Positions 25,730-37,600 of a stretch of DNA of 64,000 nt are shown here, piece by piece. The stretch covers positions 190,594-254,593 of the forward strand of contig NIVC01001057.1 of NCBI GenBank assembly GCA_002269645.1. The letters are read 5' to 3'. Each line of letters begins with the position of its first letter. Positions within the stretch are counted from its first letter, which is position 1. The notes below the pieces were generated by a model. It ran no database searches. It had not been told where the DNA came from and worked only from the letters and a program-made list of their open reading frames with translations. Position numbers and translations under genes: made by a program. Source of the DNA: Macrostomum lignano. Taxonomy: Eukaryota.

Positions 25730-25985
25730 CTTCCCCTGCTCTGGACAGGTGTTTCTCTGCTCTGGACAGGTATTCCCCTGCTCTGGACAGGTGTTTCTCT
25801 GCTCTGGACAGGTGTTTCTCTGCTCTGGACAGGTGTTCCTCTGCTCTGGACAGGTATTCCCCTGCTCTGGACAGGTGTTCCCCTGCTCTGGACAGGTATT
25901 CCCCTGCTCTGGACAGGTGTTCCCCTGCTCTGGACAGGTATTCCCCTGCTCTGGACAGGTGTTCCCCTGCTCTGGACAGGTGTTC
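25730..25985. repeat. 21-bp array (mirror of 2765-3022)
   Basis: Unit CTGCTCTGGACAGGTGTTCCC. Confidence 0.94.
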
Positions 25986-26669
25986 ACAGCTCTCTACAGG
26001 CACAATATGCTGTAAGTGAGCAAAATTCACCACAGGCCTAAAGTTGATGAAAGTCACAGCTCAGTTTCCAGTCCAGAGCTCTAGTCTGAGGCGTCCCTGA
26101 CCGAGTCCCCATGCTTACCCCTCATCCTCTCATAAAATGCTTTCTTTCACCTGACTAATTCTCTGCTCATTGCCGGGCATAAATTTCTCCACCCCTTCGT
26201 ATAAAATGAAAGTGGGGATTTTTATCCCATCGCCTCCCCCTGCCGGTCCCTCGGCCCAATAAAATTCCCAAGTCTCGCCGGCTTCTGCATGGAAGCAGTA
26301 AAATATTTTGAGCAGAAAGCTGGGAGACGAAGGGAGAAGAGGGGACTTCGCGCTTGACTTGGCCGGGCCCGGCAACCCGAAGCTGCCGCATCCCCGCGCT
26401 GCTGCAGCTGGGCTCACGGCTCATTAGCATAATCGCAGTCATAAAGAGCTTCCGTGAACGAAATTCCCACGGAACGAATTTTCACGGAACGAACACACAA
26501 GTGGAAGCCCCCTGGTCTGTTGCTATGTGGACCGTTTCTATGCTGAGTCCTGCGAGTCCTGGGACCTGAGCTATAGGAAGGGAGGTGTTAGAAATGGGGA
26601 ATTTATTTTTAAATGAGATTCTGTGCTTGAACTTCACATCCGCTCGTAGTGGTTTGGGACGAAGGCATG

Positions 26670-27105
26670 GGGTGCCAGCAGAGGGGATTGGGGTGCCAGC
26701 AGAGGGGATTGTGGTGTCAGCAGAGGGGATTGTGGTGTCAGCAGAGGGGATTGGGGTGCCAGCAGAGGGGATTGGGGTGCCAGCAGAGGGGATTGGGGTG
26801 CCAGCAGAGGGGATTGGGGTGCCAGCAGAGGGGATTGGGGTGCCAGCAGAGGGGATTGTGGTGTCAGCAGAGGGGATTGGGGTGCCAGCAGAGGGAATTG
26901 GGGTGCCAGCAGAGGGAATTGGGGTGCCAGCAGAGGGAATTGGGGTGCCAGCAGAGGGAATTGGGGTTGTCAGCAGAGAGGATTAGGGTGCCAGCAGAGA
27001 GGATTAGGGTGCCAGCAGAGAGGATTAGGGTGCCAGCAGAGAGGATTGGGGTGCCAGCAGAGGGAATTGGGGTGCCAGCAGAGGGAATTGGTGTATCAGC
27101 AGAGG
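26670..27105. repeat. 21-bp array (mirror of 1650-2085)
   Basis: Unit TGCCAGCAGAGGGGATTGGGG. Confidence 0.94.
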
Positions 27106-27329
27106 GAATAGGGGCTCTTGTAACTCCTGAAAACGAAACAGAAGTGCAGCCGAAAGACCAAGTCGGTCATTTCAAATCGTAAATTACCAAGCAAGTCGCC
27201 ATGGCGAGCTTCAGCCAGCCGCAGATGCTCAGGAAAATCTGCTTTTGCAAAGAAACCTGGGAAGATTCTCTGCCTAACGCAGATGGATGTTCAGTTAAAC
27301 AAAGCCTATTATTCTATTGTTATTATTAA

Positions 27330-27880
27330 CTTACAAAAAAGTTTAGCGAGTGCCGTAGGCAGTGCTGCAGTTCGCGGGGGAGGTGGCGGTTTGTTGTATT
27401 TATACACAGTGTAGGCGTCTGCAGGCGGCTTCTGTCTGCTGCTGCTGGGCGGTGGCTATCTGGCTGCGGCCGCTGCCTGATAAATGCTTATCTGCCGCTT
27501 ATCGACTGGGGCTGCCGGGCGAGTCTGGGAGCGAAATCGGCTGCCGCAACGCACCGCTGGTTTTATTCCGCGCCGGCGATAAGCGGCCTTAACTGATCTC
27601 CCGTCAGCGGGGGGGGGGCGCGGCGGGGGGCCGGCCGATTGGCTGGCCGGGGAGAAATCCCGAATTCCCGGCCAACCCGGACAGCGGGCTGGGGAAGAGG
27701 AGAAATGGGAAAAGTGAGAAAGTGTGAGACGGTTCGAGGAACTGGGGGGGGGGGGAGAGGCTGGGAGCGGGACTGCGGCAGCGCAAAAATGGGGATTAGG
27801 CGCGCCTGTTTTGGGAGATAAGCGGATCGGGGTTCGATTTTCTCGGCCACCCCTCAGCCCGAGCTGCTCTTCCTTATCTC
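27330..27880 (-). promoter_or_regulatory. Putative promoter of GATA copy 2
   Basis: Mirror of 873-1425: TATA at 27397-27404 and GATA-site cluster at 27456-27583. Confidence 0.65.
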
Positions 27881-28145
27881 GGGGATTTGACTCGTCAATC
27901 GTTGTTCGATCCCAGTTTCAGAAGCAGAAATTTCTGAGCTTGTTTATGGGGATCTGTGAGGCCGGAGATGCCAAGCATGTTATTGATCAGTTTTTTGGTG
28001 AGCCATGCGGCAGCGGCCTCGCAGCCCGTGCTGGCTGGGGCCGCTCTGTCAGTTTCAATGCGGCTTTGAAGCGCTTTGGTTTTAAATTTAACCCAAGGAC
28101 TGCTCAGGCAGAAGGTCGGGAAACTACGTTTCTTGGAATTTTTCC

Positions 28146-28625
28146 TCATTCACGGAGACCAGACTAGCAATCCACTGCTCTGCTCACAGTGCCAGTTCCT
28201 CATTTACGGAGACCAGACTAGCAATCCACTGCTCTGCTCACAGTGCCAGTTCCTCATTCACGGAGGCCAGACTAGCAATCCACTGCTCTGCTCAGTGCCA
28301 GTTTCTCATTCACGGAGACCAGACTAGCAATCCACTGCTCTGCTCACAGTGCCAGTTCCTCATTCACGGAGACCAGACTAGCAATCCACTGCTCTGCTCA
28401 CAGTGCCAGTTCCTCATTCACGGAGACCAGACTAGAAATCCACTGCTCTGCTCACAGTGCCAGTTCCTCATTCACGGAGACCAGACTAGCAATCCACTGC
28501 TCTGCTCACAGTGCCAGTTCCTCATTCACGGAGACCAGACTAGCAATCCACTGCTCTGCTCACAGTGCCAGTTCCTCATTCACGGAGACCAGACTAGCAA
28601 TCCACTGCTCTGCTCACTGGCAGCC
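28146..28625. repeat. 54-bp array at the outer end of the right arm
   Basis: Reverse complement of the unit at 1-608. Confidence 0.96.
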
Positions 28626-29794
28626 AGTCCTGAGCCTTCAAATTCGCAATTTAAATTTTGTCTCCGCTTGGAGCTGACGGATGGCAGCGGGGCGGAGCAG
28701 CGGCTGAGCAGCGGCTGACAGCAGGATGGAGCGGCCACGTGCGCCGGCTGAGACGATGGCAGCGAGGGGAGAGCGGGGAAAATGAAGTGCGGCTCCATCA
28801 ACCCCGGCGGGGAGCTAAGAAGATGCCAGCTCCGTAAAACTTTCTCCCCTCGGCCACCTGACGGCTCTGCTGCTCTCCGCCTGGCTGGAGTTGCCGCCCG
28901 CCGGCAGCTGGCATCGGCCACGTGGCGCCCGGCGTGCAGCAGTTGATGGATTTCCAGTCACGGCCCCCCAGCCTCATCCCAACTGGCTGCTCAACCCGCA
29001 ATGCATTTCTTAGAATTTGAGATTCTGACGCGGCAGAGCGCGCGAGGTTAATTATGGAATCAATTTTTTTGCTCTCAATTGTTCTTTCTGTCTCTGGTCG
29101 CTCGTCTGTCTTATCTGCTGCGGCGGCTCCTGATGAGGCGGCTGGGCGGGAGTCTGGGAGAAGCAGGCGGGCTGGGAGTCGCCCTCCTGCAAGAGAGAAG
29201 CAGCAATTTTTGACGCCGCCGCGATCTCATTAAGATAATGGCGACTCCGGCGGCGGGGAGGGGCCGCTGAAGCTTATAAATGCTCGCTCCGCCTGCTTCT
29301 AGCAGAGCCAGCAGAAGAAGCAGAAGAAGCAGGAGAAGCAGGAGAAGCCCTATGCGACGGCCCCTATCTCCGCCGGCCATCGATTCCAAATTAACTTTTT
29401 CATAGTATGGGGAAATTCTTCCCGCCCGAGTCGGCATTATGCGTAGCAATGAGCCGGCCGCGGCTCCGGGTGGGGATTCTTTGTATACGGAATCTGGGAT
29501 GTGATGGGGATCTTGGGATTCGGCCAGCGGTGAGTCGCTAGGGGGGGGGCATGGCTGCTCACAGAGTGATTCATTCCTTCCTGCACGAATCTTTGCGTTT
29601 TTTCTGGGGTCGCTTCTTCAGGAATTGACAAATTTGCGGTGCTTTCACGATTCCCAATTTTGAGGATTTTGAAGTTTGAGATTTTGAAAGTTGAGGATTG
29701 TGAAATTTAAGGAAAATGAAATTTTGGAATTCTAAAATTCAAAAATTGCGAAAGCACCACGAAACTGTCAATTTAATCCGGAAAAACCCGAAAT

Positions 29795-30543
29795 TGTTTG
29801 GTGAGCTGTTTGGTGAGCTGTTTGGTGAGCTGTTTGGTGAGCTGTTTGGTGAGCTGTTTGGTGAGCTGTTTGGTGAGCTGTTTGGTGAGCTGTTTGGTGA
29901 GCTGTTTGGTGAGCTGTTTAGTGAGCTGTTTGGTGAGCTGTTTAGTGAGCTGTTTGGTGAGCTGTTTAGTGAGCTGTTTGGTGAGCTGTTTGGTGAGCTG
30001 TTTGGTGAGCTGTTTCGTGAGCTGTTTGGTGAGCTGTTTAGGGTGCTGTTTCGTGAGCTGTTTGGTGAGCTGTTTGGTGAGCTGTTTAGTGAGCTGTTTG
30101 GTGAGCTGTTTAGTGAGCTGTTTGGTGAGCTGTTTAGTGAGCTGTTTGGTGAGCTGTTTAGTGAGCTGTTTGGTGAGCTGTTTGGTGAGCTGTTTAGTGA
30201 GCTGTTTGGTGAGCTGTTTAGTGAGCTGTTTGGTGAGCTGTTTAGTGAGCTGTTTGGTGAGCTGTTTGGTGAGCTGTTTGGTGAGCTGTTTAGTGAGCTG
30301 TTTGGTGAGCTGTTTGGTGAGCTGTTTGGTGAGCTGTTTAGTGAGCTGTTTGGTGAGCTGTTTAGTGAGCTGTTTGGTGAGCTGTTTAGTGAGCTGTTTG
30401 GTGAGCTGTTTGGTGAGCTGTTTGGTGAGCTGTTTCGTGAGCTGTTTGGTGAGCTGTTTAGGGTGCTGTTTCGTGAGCTGTTTGGTGAGCTGTTTGGTGA
30501 GCTGTTTGGTGAGCTGTTTGGGGTGCTGTTTGGGGTGCTGTTT
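29795..30543. repeat. 12-bp tandem array
   Basis: Unit GTGAGCTGTTTG / GTGAGCTGTTTA, ~62 copies. Confidence 0.97.
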
Positions 30544-31298
30544 CCGAGTTCCAACACCAAATCGCACAAGTCATTAATTTTTCCGAACTCAAGGCCGACC
30601 CAATCTGAACTCTGACAGCTCCTTCAGTTCGCAGAAATTCCGGCAGACAAGCGCCGAGTCCTGCCAGCTTCCGCACAGGAAGCGGCTCTTCTCGCTCTCG
30701 AATCTCTGCTTTCAATATTTTCGAATAACCCGATTCATAACAACTGCAGTTCGAATTCGCAGCTCAGCGGGGTTGCGCCACCTGCTCTGGGAGGCGATGG
30801 CAGCTCACTGAATCCCCAGCCCTCCTTGCTTTGCCGGGATCGGTGCAAATTTATGACTTCCCAGTGGGAGAGGCGCCGAGCCAGGGGGGGGGGAGACGCA
30901 ACTTATAGCAGACTCGAAGTCTCTGCTGAAGAAGAATGACTGCAATTACGGCGCCAAGGCATGTCTCAGGTCTCTCTCCCCACCAGCCTCAGCTGCTCAA
31001 GACGGCTACAATCCACTCCTTGAGGCCAACTGTTGAGCGGCTGGGGGCGGGTGATTGATGCCCAATGATCCCCAGCTTCTGCAGGGTTTAGGGGAGAATT
31101 ATCCCTAGGGGAGTGGACTAGCCGGACCAGAAATTCGTGTATATAGGGAGGGACTCGAATAGAGAATTCGAATCCCCGAGCCGGTGAACACGGGCTAAAC
31201 TATTCATATATATACACACTAGCAGCGCCTCATCCTCAGCCTCCCGGGGACCGCCCAGCTGCCAGCGGCGGTTCGCTTGGCCGCTCCCGTGACTGCTC

Positions 31299-31505
31299 AT
31301 GGCGGCCCACGTGGACCGCGACCGCTTCTTATGGCTCAGCAGCTCCGACCAGGAGCGGCCGAACTCCCAACTCCCCCCCCCAGAGCACCGGGTGCTGCAG
31401 CGGCTTGACATCGATAAGCAGTCCCGGGCTGCTTTCTTGCCGCAAAGATCGCCCTGTCAATCACACCCAGCGATCGGCCAAAACCACAAACCAAAATTTG
31501 CATAA
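31299..31505 (+). CDS. Candidate 68-aa small ORF, unknown function
   Basis: TATATATA ~31206, CTCATGG start context and GC3-rich codons in the 5' half; no recognisable motif. Confidence 0.25.
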   Translation: MAAHVDRDRFLWLSSSDQERPNSQLPPPEHRVLQRLDIDKQSRAAFLPQRSPCQSHPAIGQNHKPKFA

Positions 31506-31640
31506 TTTTTTCTTCCATATTGACGCAATTTATTCCGGAGCCCATTTCTAAAAAAATGACAAAGTCGAAAAGTTCTTTGACTGAGCGGCGTCTGCAATCA
31601 CATTGGCAGGGGCTTCGGCACAGATATGCTGAGGGACCTG

Positions 31641-33791
31641 CCAGGATTGGGGATTAGTGTAACAGCATCTCCCAGGGTTGCGGATTAGTGTGACAGTATC
31701 TCCCAGGATTGGGGATTAGTGTAACAGCATCTCCCAGGGTTGCGGATTAGTGTAACAGCATCTCCCAGGGTTGCGGATTAGTGTGACAGTATCTCCCAGG
31801 ATTGGGGATTAGTGTAACAGCATCTCCCAGGGTTGCGGATTAGTGTAACAGCATCTCCCAGGGTTGCCGATTAGTGTGACAGTATCTCCCAGGATTGGGG
31901 ATTAGTGTAACAGCATCTCCCAGGGTTGCGGATTAGTGTGACAGTATCTCCCAGGATTGGGGATTAGTGTAACAGCATCTCCCAGGGTTGCGGATTAGTG
32001 TGACAGTATCTCCCAGGATTGGGGATTAGTGTAACAGCATCTCCCAGGGTTGCGGATTAGTGTGACAGTATCTCCCAGGATTGGGGATTAGTGTAACAGC
32101 ATCTCCCAGGGTTGCGGATTAGTGTGACAGTATCTCCAGGATTGGGGATTAGTGTAACAGCATCTCCCAGGGTTGCGGATTAGTGTGACAGTATCTCCCA
32201 GGATTGGGGATTAGTGTAACAGCATCTCCCAGGGTTGCGGATTAGTGTGACAGTATCTCCCAGGATTGGGGATTAGTGTAACAGCATCTCACAGGATTGG
32301 GGATTAGTGTAACAGCATCTCACAGGATTAGGATTAGTGTAACAGCATCTCCCAGAATTGGGGATTGGGGATTAGTGTAACAGCATCTCCCAGGGTTGCG
32401 GATTAGTGTGACAGTATCTCCCAGGATTGGGGATTAGTGTAACAGCATCTCCCAGGATTGGGGATTAGTGTGACAGCATCTCCCAGGATTGGGGATTAGT
32501 GTAACAGCATCTCCCAGGGTTGGGATTAGTGTAACAGCATCTCCCAGGATTGGGGATTAGTGTAACAGCATCTCCCAGGATTGGGGATTAGTGTAACAGC
32601 ATCTCCCAGGATTGGGGATTAGTGTAACAGCATCTCCCAGGATTGGGGATTAGTGTAACAGCATCTCCCAGGATTGGGATTAGTGTAACAGCATCTCCCA
32701 GGATTGGGGATTAGTGTAACAGAATCTCCCAGGATTAGGGATTAGTGTAACAGAATCTCCCAGGATTGCGGATTAGTGTAACAGCATTTCCCAGAATTGG
32801 GGATTGGGGATTAGTGTAACAGAATCTCCCAGGATTGGGGATTAGTGTAACAGCATCTCCCAGGATTGCGGATTAGTGTAACAGCATCTCCCAGAATTGG
32901 GGATTAGTGTAACAGCATCTCCCAGGATTGGGGATTAGTGTAACAGCATCTCCCAGGATTGCGGATTAGTGTAACAGCATTTCCCAGAATTGGGGATTGG
33001 GGATCAGTGTAACAGAATCTCCCAGGATTAGGGATTAGTATAGCAGCATCTCCCAGGATTGGGGATTTGTGTAACAGCATCTCCCAGGATTAGGATTAGT
33101 GTAACAGCATCTCCCAGGATTGCGGATTAGTGTAGCACCATCTCCCAGGATTAGGGATTAGTGTAACAGCATCTCCCAGGATTGGGGATTAGTGTAACAG
33201 CATCTCCCAGGATTGGGGATTAGTGTAACAGCATCTCCCAGGATTAGGATTAGTGTAACAGCATCTCCCAGGATTGCGGATTAGTGTAGCACCATCTCCC
33301 AGGATTAGGGATTAGTGTAACAGCATCTCCCAGGATTGGGGATTAGTGTAACAGCATCTCCCAGGATTAGGGATTAGTGTAACAGCATCTCCCAGGATTA
33401 GGATTAGTGTAACAGCATCTCCCAGGATTAGGGATTAGTGTAACAGCATCTCCCAGGATTAGGGATTAGTGTAACAGCATCTCCCAGGATTGGGGATTAG
33501 TGTAACAGCATCTCCCAGGATTAGGGATTAGTGTAACAGCATCTCCCAGGATTAGGATTAGTGTAACAGCATCTCCCAGGATTAGGGATTAGTGTAACAG
33601 CATCTCCCAGGATTAGGGATTAGTGTAACAGCATCTCCCAGGATTAGGGATTAGTGTAACAGCATCTCCCAGGATTAGGGATTAGTGTAACAGCATCTCC
33701 CAGGATTAGGGATTAGTGTAACAGCATCTCCCAGGATTAGGGATTAGTGTAGCAGCATCTCCCAGGATTGGGGATTAGTGTGACAGCATCC
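31641..33791. repeat. 31-bp tandem array (~69 copies) with a 62-bp higher-order dimer at its 5' end
   Basis: Unit GGATTGGGGATTAGTGTAACAGCATCTCCCA. A/B variants alternate to ~32270; GGATTAGGG variants dominate near the 3' end. Confidence 0.97.
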
Positions 33792-34665
33792 AATCAGAAT
33801 CATTTTGAAGTTGCAACTCATTTGTAAACAAATGTCTCAGAAGAAATTTATTTCTAGTGGTAGTTTGTCTTGGATAAAATCTATACTTTTCAAAAATAAT
33901 GATTTTCTTATCCCAATCTCGCCGATTTTCAGTGCTTAATCCACACCAATTTCTGTAGCTAAAAGTTGCCAATATTTCCGAACTGATTAAAACAGTAGCG
34001 CCAGTAGGCAGCATAGTGAGTAGCGAATAAAGCAATGAAATAAAATCCAAGAAAGGTTAGCCAACTTAGAAATGGCGGTCACGCACACAGAGAGAATTTG
34101 AAATTGTGTCACTGCGGAAGGGAGAAGACGGAGTTAAAATCATCAGTTCTGCGCAGTCTGAAAGCATTCGCGAGGCTTTGAAGTAATGTCTAAAAATTAA
34201 AATCTATTAACAACGCTTGAGATCTCTAACTATAGACCGAAGTAGATGAACGCTGCAAGTGGTGTGGAAAGCATTTTAACGGAATGGTTTGTGGGATAGC
34301 GAAAATATTTTTTTTCTTGAGAGAGAATCGCCTCGAACTGAACAGTTCCTGGGATTTGGCAGATTTTCGGTACCCAATCAGAAATGCTTGATTGACGCTG
34401 TCATTTTAATTTAAAATCCTAATTATTTGAGTCTTCTAATAAATCAAAATTACAAGGATCAACTAGAAGAAGCTTGGCAAGCAAAAAAATTATGGAAAGT
34501 AAAGCAGAAGGAGGCCACAGTCTGAACTTTCGAAAGTTTGGAGAACGCGAGCTGCTTGGAGAAATTCGTGAAATTTGCAAGCTCTGCGTCCTTCCGCTTC
34601 AGTCATTTACGCCAAAAACTGAGGAGAGAAGATGGGAGAGAAGAGAAAAGCTCTTTTTCACAGCG

Positions 34666-37600
34666 CTAGAGAAACTGCGGCGCCTGCTGCTGCTGCTGCT
34701 GCTGTGTCGGCGGCGTCGGCGGTGTCGGCGGCGGCTGCGGCAGCTCCGTGAAGACGAGGCGATGCTCGACGACCCGCCTGACGAAGCCGTCGCTGCCGCG
34801 CAGCAGCGAGTCGAGCCTGGCGGCCTCCGAGTCCGGCAGCGCCACGGAGAAGCGGCGCAGGATGGCGGTGAGCAGCGTGAAGGCCTCCATGCGGGCGAGG
34901 GCCTCGCCGGGGCAGGCCCGCTTGCCCAGGCTGAACGGCAGCAGGTGGCGGGACGGCTGGAAGCGGCCGTAGCGGAGGAAGCGGTCGGGCTGGAAGCGGT
35001 CGGGCTCGGGGAAGTGCAGGGGGTCGTGGTGCACACCGTACAGGTTGGGGATAATGCGGGCGCCCTTGGGGACGCGGTAGCCACCGATGGTGGTGCTGTC
35101 CACCGCGCGCCGGACTACGCCTTCGGGTAGCAGGGAGACGAACCGCTGCACCTGCGGGTGACGGGCGGGTTGGGGGGGGGGCGGTTCGATGCTCGGGACT
35201 GCGAGTTGAGATCTGGGATTTTGGCGTTTGGGATTCGAATCTGAGAACCTGGGAACACAGATATCGAGGAATCGAGTTGAAGAAATTGGGGCTAAAGGAA
35301 TATGACTAACCGTCTAGGATTAGGAAGTCTGGGATCACAGACCAGACACTGAGGATCACAGACCAGACACTAGGGATCACAGACCAGACACTAGGGATCA
35401 CAGACCAGATACTGGGGATCACAGACCAGACAGAATGGATCAGAGACAAGACACAATGGATCACAGACCAGACACAATGGATCAGAGACAAGACACAGTG
35501 GATCAGAGACAAGACACAATGGATCAGAGACAAGACACAATGGATCACAGACCAGACACAATGGATCACAGACCAGATACTGGGGATCACAGACCAGACA
35601 CAATGGATCACAGACCAGACACTAGGGATCACAGACCAGACACTAGGGATCACAGACCAGATACTGGGGATCACAGACCAGACAGAATGGATCAGAGACC
35701 AGACACAATGGATCACAGACCAGACACTAGGGATCACAGACCAGACACAATGGATCACAGACCAGACACTAGGGATCACAGACCAGACACAATGGATCAC
35801 AGACCAGACACAATGGATCACAGACCAGACACAATGGATCACAGACCAGACACAATGGATCACAGACCAGACACAATGGATCACAGACCAGACACAATGG
35901 ATCACAGACCAGACACAATGGATCACAGACCAGACACAATGGATCACAGACCAGACACAATGGATCACAGACCAGACACAATGGATCACAGACCAGACAC
36001 TGGGATCACAGACCAGACACTAGGGATCACAGACCAGACAGAATGGATCACAGACCAGACACTGGGATCACAGACCAGACAGAATGGATCAGAGACAAGA
36101 CACAATGGATCACAGACCAGACACAATGGATCACAGACCAGACACAATGGATCACAGACCAGACACAATGGATCACAGACCAGACACAATGGATCACAGA
36201 CCAGACACAATGGATCATAGACCAGACACAATGGATCACAGACCAGACACAATGGATCACAGACCAGACACAATGGATCACAGACCAGACACAATGGATC
36301 ATAGACCAGACACTAGGGATCACAGACCAGACACAATGGATCACAGACCAGACACAATGGATCACAGACCAGACACAATGGATCACAGACCAGACACAAT
36401 GGATCACAGACCAGACACAATGGATCATAGACCAGACACAATGGATCAGAGACAAGACACAGTGGATCACAGACCAGACACAATGGATCACAGACCAGAC
36501 ACAATGGATCACAGACCAGACACAATGGATCAGAGACAAGACACAATGGATCACAGACCAGACACAATGGATCAGAGACAAGACACAGTGGATCAGAGAC
36601 AAGACACAATGGATCAGAGACAAGACACAATGGATCACAGACCAGACACTAGGGATCACAGACCAGATACTGGGATCACAGACCAGACACAATGGATCAC
36701 AGACCAGACACTAGGGATCACAGACCAGACACTAGGGATCACAGACCAGATACTGGGATCACAGACCAGACAGAATGGATCAGAGACCAGACACAATGGA
36801 TCACAGACCAGACACTAGGGATCACAGACCAGACACAATGGATCACAGACCAGACACTAGGGATCACAGACCAGACACAATGGATCACAGACCAGACACA
36901 ATGGATCACAGACCAGACACAATGGATCACAGACCAGACACAATGGATCACAGACCAGACACAATGGATCACAGACCAGACAAAATGGATCACAGACCAG
37001 ACACAATGGATCATAGACCAGACACAATGGATCAGAGACAAGACACAGTGGATCACAGACCAGACACAATGGATCACAGACCAGACACAATGGATCACAG
37101 ACCAGACACAATGGATCACAGACCAGACACTAGGGATCACAGACCAGACACAATGGATCACAGACCAGACACAATGGATCACAGACCAGACACTTGTGGT
37201 CAGGGATCAGGGACCAGAGGCTAAGGATCAAAGAGATCAATTCCGAAATTAATTATGAGCATAGATAATGCCCTTCAGTGTCCTGAAAAAGTCTGAGAAG
37301 ATACCACCTGTCAATATACACCCGTGAGGACAATCGCAACAGCCGAAATGTCCCAGCCACGTGCTCCGCAGATTGCAGGCCGCACCGTGCGCAGAATTAA
37401 TGACAGCCGCAGGGCACGTGCCCGGAAATGCAAACAGCGGCTTGCAAAATAAGTAAATTTGGACTGGCTGGCTCTGCCCTGCCGAAGCTAAGCGCAAGCT
37501 CAGCGCAAGCACAATGCCAAGGCTGCTGTTTTTCTTTTAAGGCAAACAATGGCGCTTAATTGAGCCTTGAGTTGCCGATGCGCTGGACAAATGCTAAATG

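Larger units (their letters stand above)
19070..28625. repeat. Right arm of the inverted duplication
   Basis: Reverse complement of 1-9600. It ends in the 54-bp array (28146-28625), after which unique sequence resumes. Confidence 0.97.

Noticed and set aside
32730-33770. Interstitial telomeric repeat (TTAGGG)
   Set aside because: Single hexamers arising by point change within a 31-bp unit; never tandem.
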